64,000 nt of DNA from Pristiophorus japonicus (GCF_044704955.1 NC_091988.1:133982001-134046000); one strand, 5' to 3'. Positions 48,500 to 62,789 are shown, numbered from the stretch's first letter. The notes: generated from the sequence alone by a model not told the origin. A program made the numbers and translations.

Positions 48500-49211
48500 A
48501 GACTATTAAACCCGCTGCAGTGGGGGGAGGCGGTGGGCTTTGAGATGATGCTGATATCTGTGTTTTCAGTGGGGGTTCTCCAAGCTCGGCATCATTCTGT
48601 CGTGTGTGTGGACATCCAGCTGTGAACGCACTAATCCCGGCGTTAAAGTTTCTGCACTGGCTCGGAACAAGGCATGATGGGCCGAATGGCTTCCTTCTGT
48701 GCTGTATATGATTCTGTGATGAAATATGATTTAATCTGCATGCACTGTGACCGAGCATGGAAATTGCTGCTTGAATTGCAGCATGCGTATTTCTGTCTTT
48801 ACGTCGAGATAAAAGCTTTTCAGATCCAAGTTGTTGAAATCAACTTCCTGCTCAAAGCAGCAATAGAGCATTCTGCACCTTCTCTCCCAACTGTGTCCAG
48901 TCGCAGTTTCAGTCCTGAAGCCAGACTAATGCTCCATAGGCATCAGTGGATGTATGAGCTGTTCAATTTCTACTGTGGGGCTCATCTGTGTAAAATCCTT
49001 TGGGAATTCGATGGGGAGGGAGTTCAGGCAGATATATACCCTCCCCTCCCCTTCTCCCCTCCTCATCCTGAGGCCCCTGATCCTTGTGTATAATTTCAAA
49101 GGTGCCATCAACCCTTGGTATCTCGCCCTAGTGGTTCTTGCTGGGCAATGTATATTTTGATAATTGTACAGATATGGTTTAATGTTTTATAAATCTTGTG
49201 TTGTAAAAAGT

Positions 49212-49217
49212 AATAAA
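49212..49217 (+). terminator. Candidate polyadenylation signal of CD40 (3' UTR about 720 nt)
   Basis: First AATAAA I could find after the stop codon, in an AT-rich stretch. Confidence 0.55.
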
Positions 49218-50639
49218 ATGTGCAACCGACAGTCATTTAATGAAGTCAGATTATTTTCTTTAGTGCAAGCTTGTGAAATGGCCATTACTGTTGTATTCAT
49301 TTCAAAGGAATGTCTCCGCATTTCGCCTGTTTTTAAATTTATGTCAGTGATCTTTTTTAGAAACATATTTCTTTTCCTCTCCAATTTTTTTCTATTCCTG
49401 AAGGCATTCACTCCGCCTGAGCTTCAATTCCGTAGAACAAAAGACTTGCAATTTATCCAGCACTTTCACAATCTCAAGATGTCCCAAAGTACTTCAGAGC
49501 TAATGAAGTACTTTTGAAGTGTAGTCACTATTGCAATGTAGGAAACATGTCAGCCAATTTGTGCAGTGCAATCTCCCACAAAATAGCAATGTGATAATGA
49601 CCAGATAACCTGTTTTAGTGATGTTGGTTGAGGGATAAATATTGGCCAGGACTCCGGGGGGAACTCCCCTTCCTCGTCTTCGAATAATACCAAGGGATCT
49701 TTTACATTCACCTGAGATGGCAGACTTTATTTTTAAGAGTAATGTACATCAGATTATCAAGATCTTAAAACCAAATGAAGTGAATGTCGTAACTGGCGAG
49801 TGACCCATGGCAGGTTTGGGGAGGTGTGCAGTGTCCTAGCTGTAGGACATTAATTTGTGCCCTTAATTCCTCACATAGCGAGTTCCTGAACTGAGCTTTG
49901 CCACTGCAAGTGGTTCCTTCATGTGGCTGGTCGCAGACTGATGTCAGAGGTCAGCGAGTGCCTGCTATCTTGGCCCAGGGACGGTGTCCAGTATGGGGAA
50001 TATATATAAAATATATCGCCATGCACTTCCTGTCCACAGACTTTATTTCCTGTTGATCTTTAGTTAAACTTTTCTGTCAGTCTTTATCATTGTAAATTCC
50101 TATGTCAATATTTCCCATTCAATTTTGCTATGTCAACTATAACGATGCAGTTATAGGCTCCAGCCACTAGGAGGCTCTGTGGAGTGAGTTTCTATATAAA
50201 AACAATTTACAAGTACTATTTTTAAAAACTCCCCCAATGGGTAAATACATCAATGGGTGTAAGTACTGAGACACCACAAAGCAGGGAGGTCCCAGGTAGT
50301 AATCTCTAGTCTGTATTGAGCTATCTAATCTCAATCCAGCAAAAGTGTTAAGAGGTTGCAACAGCTGATCTCAACGACGCTGGGACAAGGGAAGGAGGTG
50401 GCGGCAGGGGGTGGGGTGGGGTTGTCACTCCTGATCGCTCCCCTGCAGAAATAGATTGTGTGCTTGGAAACTGGGCGAGGGCAGGATTGGACTTGGCTGC
50501 GACGGCCTCCATGAGGGAATGTAGCCCGCTGATGCTGGATTCAGTTGACGGGTGAAAAACGGACACTTGTCCATGTACCAAAGGACAGCAGGCATCCGTC
50601 GAACCGTAAAAGAAAGGCTTGCATTTACACAGAGCCTTT

Positions 50640-52231
50640 CATCAAAGGTTGGAATCAAAGGTTGGCAGGCAAAACTGTAATCAAACAATGGGCTGCCTTT
50701 AAAGAGGAGATGGTTCGGGTACAGTCAAGGTACATTCCCACGAGAGAGAAAGGTAGAGCAGCCAAAGGCCGAGCTCGCTGGATGACAAAAGAGATAGAGA
50801 GTAAGATGTCAGGTTGAGAATACATGTGAGACCCAGGCTGAATATAGAAAGTTCAGAGCGAAGTGTAAAAGGAAATAAGAGGGGCAATGAGAGAGTATGA
50901 GAATGGATTGGCAGCTAACATAAAAGGGAATCCAAAAGTCTGCTATTTGCATATGATTAATTAAGCAAAGCCAGCACGGATTTGTTAAAGGCAAATCGTG
51001 TTTAACTAACTTGATCGAGTTATTTGATGAGGTAACAGAAAGTGTAGATGAGGGCAATGTGGTTGACATGGTGTACATGGATTTCCAAAATATGTTTGAT
51101 AAAGTCCCATGTAATGGGCTTGCCAGCAAAGTTGAAGCACATGGAATAAAAGGGATAGTGGCAGCAAGGATACAAAATTGGCTAAGTGACAGGAAACAAA
51201 ATGTAGTGGTGAACGGTTGTTATTCAGAATGGAGGAAGGTATACAGTGGTGTTCCCCAGGGGTAGATACTAGGATTATGCTTTTCTTAATATATATTAAT
51301 GACTTGGGTGTACAGGGTACAATTTCAAAATTTCAAAATTAGAAGTATAGTGAACAGTGAGGAGGATAGTGATAGACTTCAAGAAGACATAGACAGGCTG
51401 GTGGAATGGGCGGACACGTGGCAGATGAAATTTATCACAGAAAAGTGCAAATGTAGGAATTGGTAGGAAGAACAAGGAGAGGCAATATAAACTAAAGGGT
51501 ACAATTCTAAAGTGGGTTCATGAACAGAGAGACCTGGGGGTATATGTGCACAAATCACTGATGGAGGCAGGGTAGGTTGAGAATGTGATTAAAAATCCCC
51601 ATATGGGATCCTGGACTTCATAAATAGAGGGATAGAGTACAAAAGCAAGGAAGTTATGATGAACCTGCATAAAACACTGGTTCAGCCTCAACTGGAGTAT
51701 TGTGTCCAATTCTAGGCACCACACTTTAGGAAGGATGTGAAGGCTTTAGAGAGGGTGCGGAAAAGATTTCAAGAATGGTTCCAGGGTAGAGGGATTTCAG
51801 TTACATGGATAGACTGGAGAAGCTGGGGTTGTTCTCCTTAGAGCAGAGAAGGTTGGGAGGAGATTTGAGAGAGGTGTTCAAAATCATGAGTGGTAGACAG
51901 AGAAAAACTATTCCCATTGGTGGAAGAGGCGAGAGCCAGAGGACACAGATTTAAGGTGATTGGCAGAATATCCAAAGACGACATGAGGGAAAACTTTTTT
52001 ACGCAGCGAGTGGTTATGATCTGGAAGGCACTGGCTGAAAGGGCGGTGGAGGTCGAATCAATCGTGGCTTTCACAAGGGAATTGGATAAGTACCCGAAGG
52101 GAAAACATTTGCAGGGCTAAGGGGAAAGGGCGGGGGAGTGGGACTGGCTGAGATGCTCATGCAAAGAACCGGCACGAGCTCGACGGGCCGAATGGCCGCC
52201 TTCTGTGCTGTCACCATTCTATGATTCTATG
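50640..52231 (+). mobile_element. Decayed CR1 LINE with internal deletion
   Basis: RT motifs in ORFs 51011..51265 and 51890..52120; (TTCTATGA)n tail. Confidence 0.92.
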
Positions 52232-52362
52232 GTTGAGGGATAAGTATTGTCCAGGACAATGGGGATAACTCCCCTGATTTATCTCAAAATAGTGCCAGGG
52301 ACTCTATCACATCCACCTGAGAGTAGATGGCAGTCATCGGGTTTAATGTCTCATCCAAACGA

Positions 52363-54715
52363 CATCATCACCATCATCATCATAGGCAGTTCCTCGGAAT
52401 CAAGGAAGACTTGCTTCCACTCTTAAAATGAGTCCTTAGGTGATTGAACAGTTCAATACGAGAACCACAGTCCCTGTCATAGGTGGGACAGATAGCCATT
52501 GAGGGAAGGGGTGGGTGGGTCTGGTTTGTCGAACACTCTTTCTGCTGCCTGTGCTTGATTTCTGCATAATCTCGCCGATGAGATTCGAGGTGCTCAGCGC
52601 TCCCCGGATGCACTTCCTCCACTTAGGGCAGCCTTTGGTAGGGACTCCCAGGTGTCAGTGGGGATGTTGCACTTTATCAGGGAGGCTTTGAGGGTGTCCA
52701 TGTAGCGTTTCCGCTGCCCACCTTTGGCTCGTTTGTCGTGACGGAGTTCCGAATAGAGCGCTTACTTTGGGAGTCTCGTGTCTGGCATGCGAACAACGTG
52801 GCCTGCCCAGCAGAGCTGATCAAGTATGGTCAGTGCTTCAATGCTGGGGATGTTGGCCTGGTCGAGTATGCTAATGTTGGTGCGTCTGTCCTCCCAGGGA
52901 ATTTGGAGAATCTGCGGAGACATTGTTGGTGGTATTTCTCCAGCGACTTGAGCTGTCTATTGTACATGGTCCATGTCTCTGAGCCATACAGGAGGGCAGG
53001 TATTACTACAGCCCTGTAGACCATGAGCTTGGTGGCAGATTTGAGGGCCTGGTCTTCAAACACTCTTTTCCTCAGGCGGCCGAAGGCTGCACTAGCACAC
53101 TAGCACAATGACTGTTGAATGTCATTGTCAATATCTGCTCTTGTTGATAAGAGGCTCTCGAGGTATGGGAAATGGTCCACGTTGTCCAGGGCCACGCCAT
53201 GGATCTTGATGACTGGGAGGCAGTGCTATGCGGTGAGGACAGGCTGGTGGAGGACCTTTGTCTTACAGATGTTTAGCTTTTGTATGTCTCAGTAAATATG
53301 TCGACTATGTCCTGGAGTTCAGCCTCTGTATGTGCGCAGACGCAGGCGTCGTCCGTGTACTGTAGCTCGACGACAGAGGTTGGGGTGGCCTGGGACGACC
53401 AAGGTTGAACAGTCTCCCACTGGTTCTGTCGTATAGTTTCACTCCAGCGGGGAGCTTGTTGACTGTGAGGTGGAGCACGGCAGCGAGGAAGATTGAAAAG
53501 AGGGTTGGAGCAATGATGCAGCCCTGTTTGACCCCGGTCCGCACGTGGATTGGGTCTGTAATGGATCCGTTGGTAAGAATCATGGTCTGCATGTCATCCT
53601 GGAGCAGGCGGAGGATGGTGACGAACTTTTGGGGGCATCTGAAAGGGAGGAGGATGCTCCATAGACCCTTGCGGTTTACAGTGTCAAAGGCCTTTGTAAG
53701 ATCGAAGAAGACCATGTATAAGGGCTGGTGCTGTTCCCTGCATTTTTCCTGCAGCTGTCATGCTGCAAAAATCATGTCCGTTGTGCCCCGTAGGGGACGA
53801 AATCTGCATTGTGCCTCCGGGAGGAGCTCCTCAGCCACACGGAGAAGACGGTTGAGAGGACTCTAGCGACGACTTTCCCAGTGGCTGATAACAGGGAGAT
53901 TCCTCTGTAGTTGCTACAGTCGGACTTGTCTCCCTTTTTTAAAGATGGTCACGATCACTGCATCTGTGAGATCTCCCGGCATGCTCTCCTCCCTTCAGAT
54001 GAGAGAGATGAGGTCATGTATACGTGCCAACAGCGCCTCTCCGCCATACTTCAGTGCCTCAGTGGGGAATCCATCCGCTCCCGTAGCCTTGTTGTTCTTA
54101 AGCTGTCTTATGGGGTTTTACTGAGGTGGTGGCGGGTAGCATGCTGCGGGATGGAGTCGAGAACACTCGAATCAAAGGCAGAGTCTCGATTGAGGAGATC
54201 TTCGAAGTGCTCCTTCCAGTGGGCCCTCACTGCCTTGCTGTCCTTGATGAGTGTTTCCCCGTTCTTGGCCAGCAGTGGGGTATTTGGACCGTAGGTGGCC
54301 TTGACTGCAATGAAGAATCCTCGCACATCATGGCTGTCAGCCAGCTGCTGTATCTCCTGTGCTTTCTCCATCCACCACCTGTTCTTTAGGTCCCAGGTTT
54401 TTTGCTGGACCTTAGCCTTAAGCCGTCTGTAATGCTGCTTTGCTACTCCGAAGTTGGGTTGTTGTTTAAGGCTCAGAAATGCCCTGCGCTTGCGATCTAT
54501 TAGATATTGGATCTCCTGATCATTCTCATCAAACCAGCCCTGGTGTTTCCTGGTTGAGTGACCGAGCGTCTCTTTGCAACGCAATATTGTTAATGGAGGC
54601 CGGAAGGGCAGACGCTGTGGGCATTCTGCGTTTCGGGGTCATCAAGGCACGCCAGGTTAGCTGTGAGGCGCTGACTGTATAGGGTTCTCTTAGCTGGGTC
54701 TTTAAGTGTCCCAGC
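52363..54715 (-). mobile_element. RTE-clade LINE, 5'-truncated, decayed
   Basis: FFDLTKAFDTV, GVKQGCIIAPTLF, LLYGSETWT, C-terminal CPT..C..RI.LF.HLRTH; (ATG)n tail. Confidence 0.95.
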
Positions 54716-54821
54716 AAAAGACAGCACCTCCGCCTGGATTTTATGCTCAAGTTTCTGGAGTGGGTACCAGCACATGATGTGCAAGTAGCAACACATTCCG
54801 AGGAGAATCTTAAAACAAATA

Positions 54822-55587
54822 CAGGAAACTCTCGTTTATTCGGATACGGATTTAACGGAAAATCCGCCATAACGGAACTGAAAATATTGTGTCACCACTT
54901 CTCACCGGCTGGCGGCCCTGCACGTAACACTTCGACATAGATCATATCCAGATCCTTCTGATGCAAAATCGCTAACAATTGCACAACGTGACACTCACCA
55001 TGAGCAAGGACTCAAAAAATCTACCTAAAAATCTAAAAACTGAATACACAAGTTCAGCCTCCTTTGCCCTTGCTTTGCTGGTGTGTGTGTGTGTGTGCGC
55101 GCTGCTGCAGCCGCTGTCTCTCGCGGCTGCCGCTGATGTTGGGAACGTGGGCAGTGCCGGCACCGGGTTCCAGGCACAGAATGCAGCCCGGAGAGCACGC
55201 TCCGGAACCCCGGAGCTAGACAATCTCCTCCTCGAGGCCACCTGCAGCCACTCCCAGTGCAGCATTCGTCCCTCTGCGATTACAGTCCGGGGGAAGTACA
55301 TGCATGCTGGCAACTCAATCCCTTTTCTTCTGCAGAAACAATTGTCACGCATGATCCGTTTGCCTTGCACGTTCTCACATTGAAACCATCAGAACTCTTC
55401 TTGCAATTAGTTACTTCAGATGCAGCGACTATTAAGTAGGCGATCACTAACATACACGTGGGAATTTTGATTTCCAATGAGTTGTTAAATATATATACAA
55501 CATTAACTTTAAAATGTAAACTCGCCCTAATTTGTTTACCCGGAATTGCCGAATCCCCGAGCAATCCGGATAAACGAGAGTTTCCTG
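54822..55587. mobile_element. Tc1/mariner-superfamily (Tigger/pogo-like) non-autonomous element, 766 bp
   Basis: 24-bp TIR CAGGAAACTCTCGTTTATTCGGAT / ATCCGGATAAACGAGAGTTTCCTG (1 mismatch), TA on both flanks; no transposase. Confidence 0.9.
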
Positions 55588-57786
55588 TACATACAAAAGT
55601 GACACAAGCAAAAGACTGCGGATGCTGGAAATCTTAATAAGCAGTAAATGCTGGAAGCACTCAGCAGTTTTGGGACCAGCGTCCTGGCGAATCAAATAAT
55701 TAGGGCTGTAGATAGGGCCTTAAACTAAAAAATGGGTGAGCGGGGCCAGTTGAGGGGAAATTTAGAAAGTTAAAGAGAAAGGACAAGACAATAGTGCAGG
55801 GTAGCGATATGGGTAATGATAACCAGGGCATGTCAGGAAGGGACAGAGTGTACAAACATAAGGGTGCACCAGCAAATAGGGTCAGAGTAGGGAAAAATGA
55901 TCATGGTAAAAAGACAAAATGAAAGGATCTTTATCTGAATACACGCAGCATTCGTAACAAGATAGATTAATTTATGGCACAAATAGAAATAAATGGGTAT
56001 GGTCTGATAGCCATTACAGAGATGTGGTTACAAGGTGACCAAGGCTGGGAACTGAATATTCAGGGTTACTTGATATTTCAGAAGGATAGGCAGAAAGGAA
56101 AAGGAGGCGGAGGAGCTCTGTTGATAAAGGATGAGATCAGTACATTAGTGAGAAATTATTTTAGCACAGAAGATCAAGTTGTAGAATCAGTTTGGATAGA
56201 GATAAGAAATAGCAAGGATAAGAAGTCGCTAGCGGGAGTAATCTATAGTTCCCCTAACACTAGCAACACTCTTGGACAGAGTAGAAACAAATAAATAATG
56301 GGGTCTTGTAAGAGAGGCACCGCAATATTCATGGAAGACTTTAATCTTCATATTGATTGGACAAACTAAATTGGTAAAGGTAGCCTTGAGGACGAGTTCA
56401 TAAAGTGTATTCGGGACAGTTTCTTAGAACAATACATTGTGGAACCAACCAGGGAGCAGGCCATTTTAGATCTGGTAATGTGTAATGAGACAGGATTAAT
56501 TGATAATCTCATAGTAAAGGATCCTCTAGGGAAGAGTGATCATAACATGATAGAATTTCACATTCAGTTTGAGGGTGAGAAACTTGGGTCTGAAACTAGT
56601 CTTAAAGCTAAATAAAGGCAATTACAAAGTGGACTGGAAACTAAAAGTTTAGATGGCAGTTAAGCAGTAACAGACATTTAAGGAGATATTTCATAAATCT
56701 CAACAAAGATCTATTCCATTGAGAAAGACTCTAAGAGAAGGATGAGCCATCCATGGCTAACTAAGGAAGTTAAGGATGGATCAAATTGAAAGAAAAGGCA
56801 TACAATGTTGCGAAGATTAGTGGTAGTCTAGAAAATTGAGAACATTTTAGAAACCAACAAAGGATGACCCAAAAAATAATAAAGGGGGAGAAAATAGATT
56901 ATGAAAGTAAACTAGCAAGAAATATAGAAACCGGCAGTAAGAGCTTCTACAAGTATATAAAAAGGAAGAGAGTAGCTAAAGTAAATGTTGGTCCCTTAGA
57001 GACTGGGGAATTAATAACGGGGAACAGGGAAATGGCAGAGAATTTGAACAAATATTTTGTACCTGTCTTTACGGTAGAAGACATTTAAAGCATCCCAATA
57101 ATAGTAGAAAATCAGGTAGAAAAAGGGAGGGAGGAAATTAAAACAATCATTATCACTAGAGAAAAAGTACTAGGCAAACTAATAGGACTAAGGGCTGACA
57201 AGTCCCATGGACCTGATGGCCTGCATCCTAGGTTCTTAAAAGAAGTGGCTGCAGAGATAGTGGATGCGTTGGTTGTAATCTTCAAAAATTCCCTGGATTC
57301 TGGCAAGGTCCCAGCGGTTTGGAAAACTGCAAAAGTAACGTCCTTATTCAAGAAAGGAGTGAGACAGAATGCAGGAGACTCTAGGCCAGTTAGCTTAACA
57401 TCTGTCATTGGGAAAATGCTGGAATCCATTATTAAGGAAGTAGTAGCAAGACATTTAGAAATTCATAATAAACCAAGCAGAGTCAACATGGTTTTATGAA
57501 AGGGAAACTGTGTTTGACAAATTTATTCGAGTTCTTTGAGGATGTAACAAGCAGGCTGGATAAAGGGGAACCAATAGATGTAGTGTAATTGGATTTCCAA
57601 ATGATAGTCGATAAGATGCCACATAAACAGTTACTACACAAGATAAGAGCTCACGGGGTTGGGGGTAATATATTAGCATGGATAAAGGATTGGTTAGCAG
57701 ACAGTCGGGATGAATGGGTAATTTTCAAATTGGCAAGCTATAATAAGTGGGGTGCCACAGGGATTAGTGCTGGAGCCTCAACTATT

Positions 57787-58098
57787 TAGAAAGGGCTTAT
57801 TTCCCTTAATAGAGGAGTCAACAACCAGGGGGCATAGATTTAAAGTAATTAGAGGTGATTTGAGTGGAAATTTCTTCACCCAGATGGTTGTGGGGGTCTG
57901 GAACTCACTGCCTGAAAGGGTGGCAGAGGCAGAAACCTTCGCCATATTTTAAAAGTATTTGAAGTGCTGTAACCTGCAGGGCAACGGACCTAGAGCTGGA
58001 AAGTGGGATTAGGCTGGATAGCCTCTTGTTGGCCGGCAAGGACACGTTGGACTGAAATGGCCTCCTTCCGTGCTGTAAATTTCTATGATTCTATGATT
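57787..58098 (+). mobile_element. CR1 3' fragment nested in the older CR1
   Basis: GLFPL..TRGHRFK..FFTQ..VWNSLPE followed by (TTCTATGA)n tail; same subfamily as 63640-64000. Confidence 0.85.
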
Positions 58099-58296
58099 TA
58101 CAATCGATATTAATGACTTGGATGAAGGGAACAAGTGTATTGTAACCAAATTTGCTGACGATACAAAGATAGGTGGGAAAGCAAGTTATGAGGAGGACAC
58201 AAAGAGTCTGGAAAGGGATATAGATAGGTTAAGTGAGTAGGAAAAAAAGTGCCAGATCGAGTATAATGTGGGAAAATGTGAGGTTATCACTTTGGT

Positions 58297-60402
58297 AAAC
58301 ATTGAAACATAGAAAATAGGGGCAGGAGTAGGCCATTCGGCCCTTCGAGTCTGCACCACCATTCAATAAGATCATGGCTGATCATTCACCTCCATATCCC
58401 TTTCCTGCTTTCTCTCCATACCCCTTGATCCCTTTAACCGTAAGGGCTATATCTAACTCCCTCTTGAATATATTCAATGAACTGGCATCAACAACCCTCC
58501 GCGGTAGGGAATTTCACAGGTCAACAACTCTCTGAGTGAAGAAATTTCTCCTCATTTCAGTCCTAAATGGCTTACCCCTTATCCTTAGACTATGTCCCCT
58601 GGTTCTGGACATCCCCAACATCGGGAACATTCTTCCCGCATCTAACCTGTCCAGTCCCGTCAGAATTTTAGATGTTTCTATGAGATCCCCTCTCATCCTT
58701 CTAAACTCCAGTGAATACAGACCCAGTTGATCCAGTCTCTCTTCATATGTCAGTCCTGCCATCCTGGGAATCAGTCTGGTGAACCTTCGCTGCACTATCT
58801 CAATAGCAAGAACGTCCTTCCTCAGATTAGGAGACCAAAACGGTTCAGAATATTCCAGGTGAGGCCTCACCTAAGGCCCTGTACAACTGCAGTAGGACCT
58901 CCCTGCTCCTACACTCAAATCCCCTAGCTATGAAGGCCAACATACTATTTGCCTTCTTCACCGCCTGCTGTACCTGCATGCCAACTTTCAATGACTGATG
59001 TACCATGACACCCAGGTCTCGCTGCACCTCTCCTTTTCCTAATCTGCTGCCATTCAGATAATATTCTGCCTTTGTGTTTTTGCCACCAAAGTGGATAACC
59101 TCACATTTATCCACATTATACTGCATCTGCCATGCGTTTGCCCACTCACCTAACCTGTCCAAATCACCCTGCAGCCTTTTAGCGTCCTCCTCACAGCTCA
59201 CACTGCCACCCAGCTTAGTGTCATTTGAAAACTTGGAGATATTACACTCAATTCCCTCATCCAAATCATTAATGTATATTGTAAAGAGCTGGGGTCCCAG
59301 CACTGAGCCTTGTGGTACCCCACTAGTCACTGCCTGCCATTCTGAAAAGGACCCATTTATCCCGACTCTCTGCTTCCTATCTGCCAACCAGTTCTCTATC
59401 CACGTCAATACATTACCCCCAATACCATGTGCTTTAATTTTGCACACCAATCTCATGTGTGGGACCTTGTCAAAGGCCTTTTGAAAGTCCAAATACACCA
59501 CATCCACTGGTTCTCCCTTATCCACTCTACTAGTTACATCCTCAAAAAATTCTAGAAGATTTGTCAAGCAGGATTTCCCTTTCATAAATCCATGCTGATT
59601 TGGACCGATCCCGTCACTGCTTTCCAAATGCGCTGCTATTTCATCTTTAATAATTGATTCCAACATTTTCCCCACTACTGATGTCAGGCTAACCGTTTTC
59701 TCTCTCCCTCCTTTCTTAAAAAGTGGTGTTACATTAGCTACCCTCCAGTCCATAGGAACTGATCCAGAGTCGATAGACTGTTGGAAAATGATCACCAATG
59801 CATTCACTATTTCTAGGGCTACTTCCTTAAGTACTCTAGGATGCAGACTATCAGGCCCCAGGGATTTATCGGCCTTCAATCCCATCAATTTCCCTAAAAC
59901 AATTTCCCGCCTAATAAGGATTTCCTTCAGTTCCTCCTTCTCACTAGACCCTCGGTCCCCTAGTATTTCCGGAAGGTTATTTGTATCTTCCTTCGTGAAG
60001 ACAGAACCAAAGTATTTGTTTAACTGGTCCGCCATTTCTTTGTTTCCATTATAAATTCACCTGAAAATGACTGCAAGAGACCTACGCTTGTTTACACTAA
60101 TCTTTTTCTCTTCACATATCTATAGAAACTTTTGCAGTCAGTTTTTATGTTCCCAGCAAGCTTCCTCTCATACTCTATTTTCCCCCTCCTAATTAAACCC
60201 TTTGTCCTCCTCTGCTGTATTACAAAATTCTCCCAGTCCTCAGGTTTGCTGCTTTTTCTGGCCAATTTATATGCCTCTTCCTTGGATTTAACACTATCCT
60301 TAATTTCCCTTGTTAGCCACGGTTGAGTCACCTTCCCTGTTTTATTTTTATTCCAGACCTGGATGTACAATTGTTGAAGTTCATCCATGTGATCTTTAAA
60401 TG
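58297..60402 (-). mobile_element. Young CR1 LINE, 5'-truncated, nested antisense in the older CR1
   Basis: 396-aa RT ORF 58845..60035 plus flanking ORFs; closely similar to 16373-18340. Confidence 0.96.
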
Positions 60403-61180
60403 TAGATAGAATAGAAAAAGCAACATTTTGTTTAAATGGAGACTACAGAATGCTGCGGTACAGAGGGACCTGGGGTTCCTTGTACATGAAACACAAAAAG
60501 TTAGCATGCAGGTACAGCAAGTAATTCGGAAAGCAAATGGAATTTTGGTCTTTATTGCAAGGGGGATGGAATATAAAAACAGGGAAGTCCTGCTACAACT
60601 GTACAGAGTATTGGTGTGGCCACACCTGGAGTACTGCATACAGTTTTGGTCTTATTTAAGGAGGGATATACTTGCATTGGAGGCAATTCAGAGAAGATTC
60701 ACTGGGTTGATTCCTGAGATGAAGGGGTTGTCATATGAAGAAAGGCTGAGCAGGTTGGGCCTATACGCATTCGAGTTTAGAAGAATGAGAGGTGATTTTA
60801 TTAAAACCTATAAGATTCTGAGGGGGCTTGACAGGGTAGATGCAGAGAGGATGTTTCCCCTCGTGGGGGAATCTAGAACGAGAGGGCATAGTTTCAGAAT
60901 AAGGGGTCGTCCATTTAAAATGAAGATGAGGAGGGTTTTTTTCTCTCAGAGGGTCGTGAATCTTTGGAATTCTCTGACCCAGAGAACTGGCTGGGTCATT
61001 AAATATGTTCAAGATGGAAATAGACAGATTATTGAACTATAGGGGAGTAAAGCATTATGGGGAACAGGCAGGAAAGTGGACCTGAGTCCATGATCAGATC
61101 AGCCATGATCTTATTGAATGGCGAAGCAGGCTCGAGGGGCCGTATGGCCTACTCCTGCTCCTATTTCTTATGTTCTTATG

Positions 61181-61545
61181 TAGGTCCGAGCTACGTCATG
61201 GCAGGCAAGGGCAGAGAAAACACTTCAAGAGCACCCTCAAAGCCTCTTTGAAAAAATGTAATATCCTCACCGACTCTTGGGAATCCTTGGCTCAAAACCG
61301 CTCAAAGTGAGAGAGATGCATTCGAGAAGGCGCCGAACACCTCGAGTCCCTTCGCCGGGAACCAAGTACAAACAGTGGAAGGAGCGCACGGCAAATGAAG
61401 CGCCCCACCCACACGTCCCTCCAGCCACCGTCTGCCCCACCTGCGACAGAGACTGTAGGTCCTGCATTGGTCTCATCAATCACATTAGAACTCATTGTAG
61501 TGTGGAAGCAAGGTCATCTTGGACTCCAAGGGGACTGCCAAGGAA
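61181..61545 (+). mobile_element. RTE 3' fragment (second subfamily)
   Basis: KYKQWKERT..CPTCDRDCRSCIGLINHIRTH. Confidence 0.85.
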
Positions 61546-62789
61546 ACATCTGTGCAGAGACAAGCAGAAAGTTTCAGATTAATGTGCTTTTTCTGGCTGC
61601 AGAGCCAGGGAAAAGGGGGGCAGGGAAGAACTGAACATCTCTAATATTTTCCAGTTCTGACGAGAGGTTAACGACACGTGAACTCTGTACAAGTGCTCAG
61701 TCTGAGAGGGAGAGAGAGTCGAACTGTTGTGGCAGGAGCAGGTTCCGCCTTCCGCCCTGCAGGCCAATAATTCCCAGGTTGTTGACGAGTCAGAGAAAGT
61801 CCTGCAGATATTTACATGGTGGAAATCCACCGACGCTGAACCCAGCCTGGCCTGTCCCCTGCGCCAACTCCGGGGAGTTATATTATCTACGAATCGAAGT
61901 TATTTTTGTTTCTAAGTGGCCGTGGGACAAATACACGGTGCATGAGATGCAATCCGGACAATCACAGAGTCTCCGGGGAATTGGACTGAACGCAAAATGA
62001 AATTGCTGCAGAATCTCTGCCTGGTGATTCAGGCGATTCAGGTGATTTTTTTAAAAAGATAGACACACATATCGGGGGAGATTGCTGAATAATAGGCTGT
62101 GTATGTGTTTATTAAGTTTAAGGGGCTTTTGTTTAGGATGAATTATAATATTAAAGAGAGGCAGGGAGAGGGAGCCGTGCCAGTAACAGTGTATCCGGTA
62201 ATGACAAGTCCGGGATACAAGCCTGCTCTGCAGAGCAAAAAAACAGGCTACAAAAAGATACAGAGGAGCAGAAATGACTGCACAAGAATAAATGCACCCT
62301 AAACCCTGGGGCTGGCCGGGGAATGGGAGACAGCGATCTCGTGTAGTTTTGTTATATAATAATTTAAACATTGCCGTGCAGAAGGAAATATGAAACCGCG
62401 GACCCCTCTTGGGTTTGGCTCCCAGTTTGGAAGGCGGAGACTGGGCTGACTCGCTGCCCTTTTTAGCGGGCCTTGTTTAGTAACAAACCTCAGTGAAATG
62501 CCCATTGCAGGGTGTCCCTGTTCTGTCAGATAAGCCCCGATTCATGGTGATCGATTTCAATGGCATTCCAATTTCCTTACAGGAAATCTATCATGGGGAG
62601 CTTTCAAATTATGGATTTATGTTCAATTGTAAATCAGTGACCCTTTTTATTCCAATGGCTGTTTAGCTGCGTGCTAAACCTATTTTAAAGTCCTGGACCC
62701 AGCGGCGTTTGCACTAGGTTACATGTAGGTCGATGTTTACAAATACAAGGGTCTGTTGGTGATGTGGTTTTAGTCATGTTGGCGCTGTG

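Larger units (their letters stand above)
55670..61180 (+). mobile_element. Older CR1 LINE (endonuclease and RT), split by two younger CR1 insertions
   Basis: APE motifs (IAITEMWL, VESVWIEIRN), RT motifs, C-terminal ORF 60428..61042 and TTCTTATG tail; interrupted at about 57787-58098 and 58297-60402. Confidence 0.92.

Noticed and set aside
54972-55383. Overlapping 132/134-aa ORFs with a signal-peptide-like stretch
   Set aside because: They lie inside the Tigger-like MITE, and the hydrophobic run comes from a (GT)n microsatellite.
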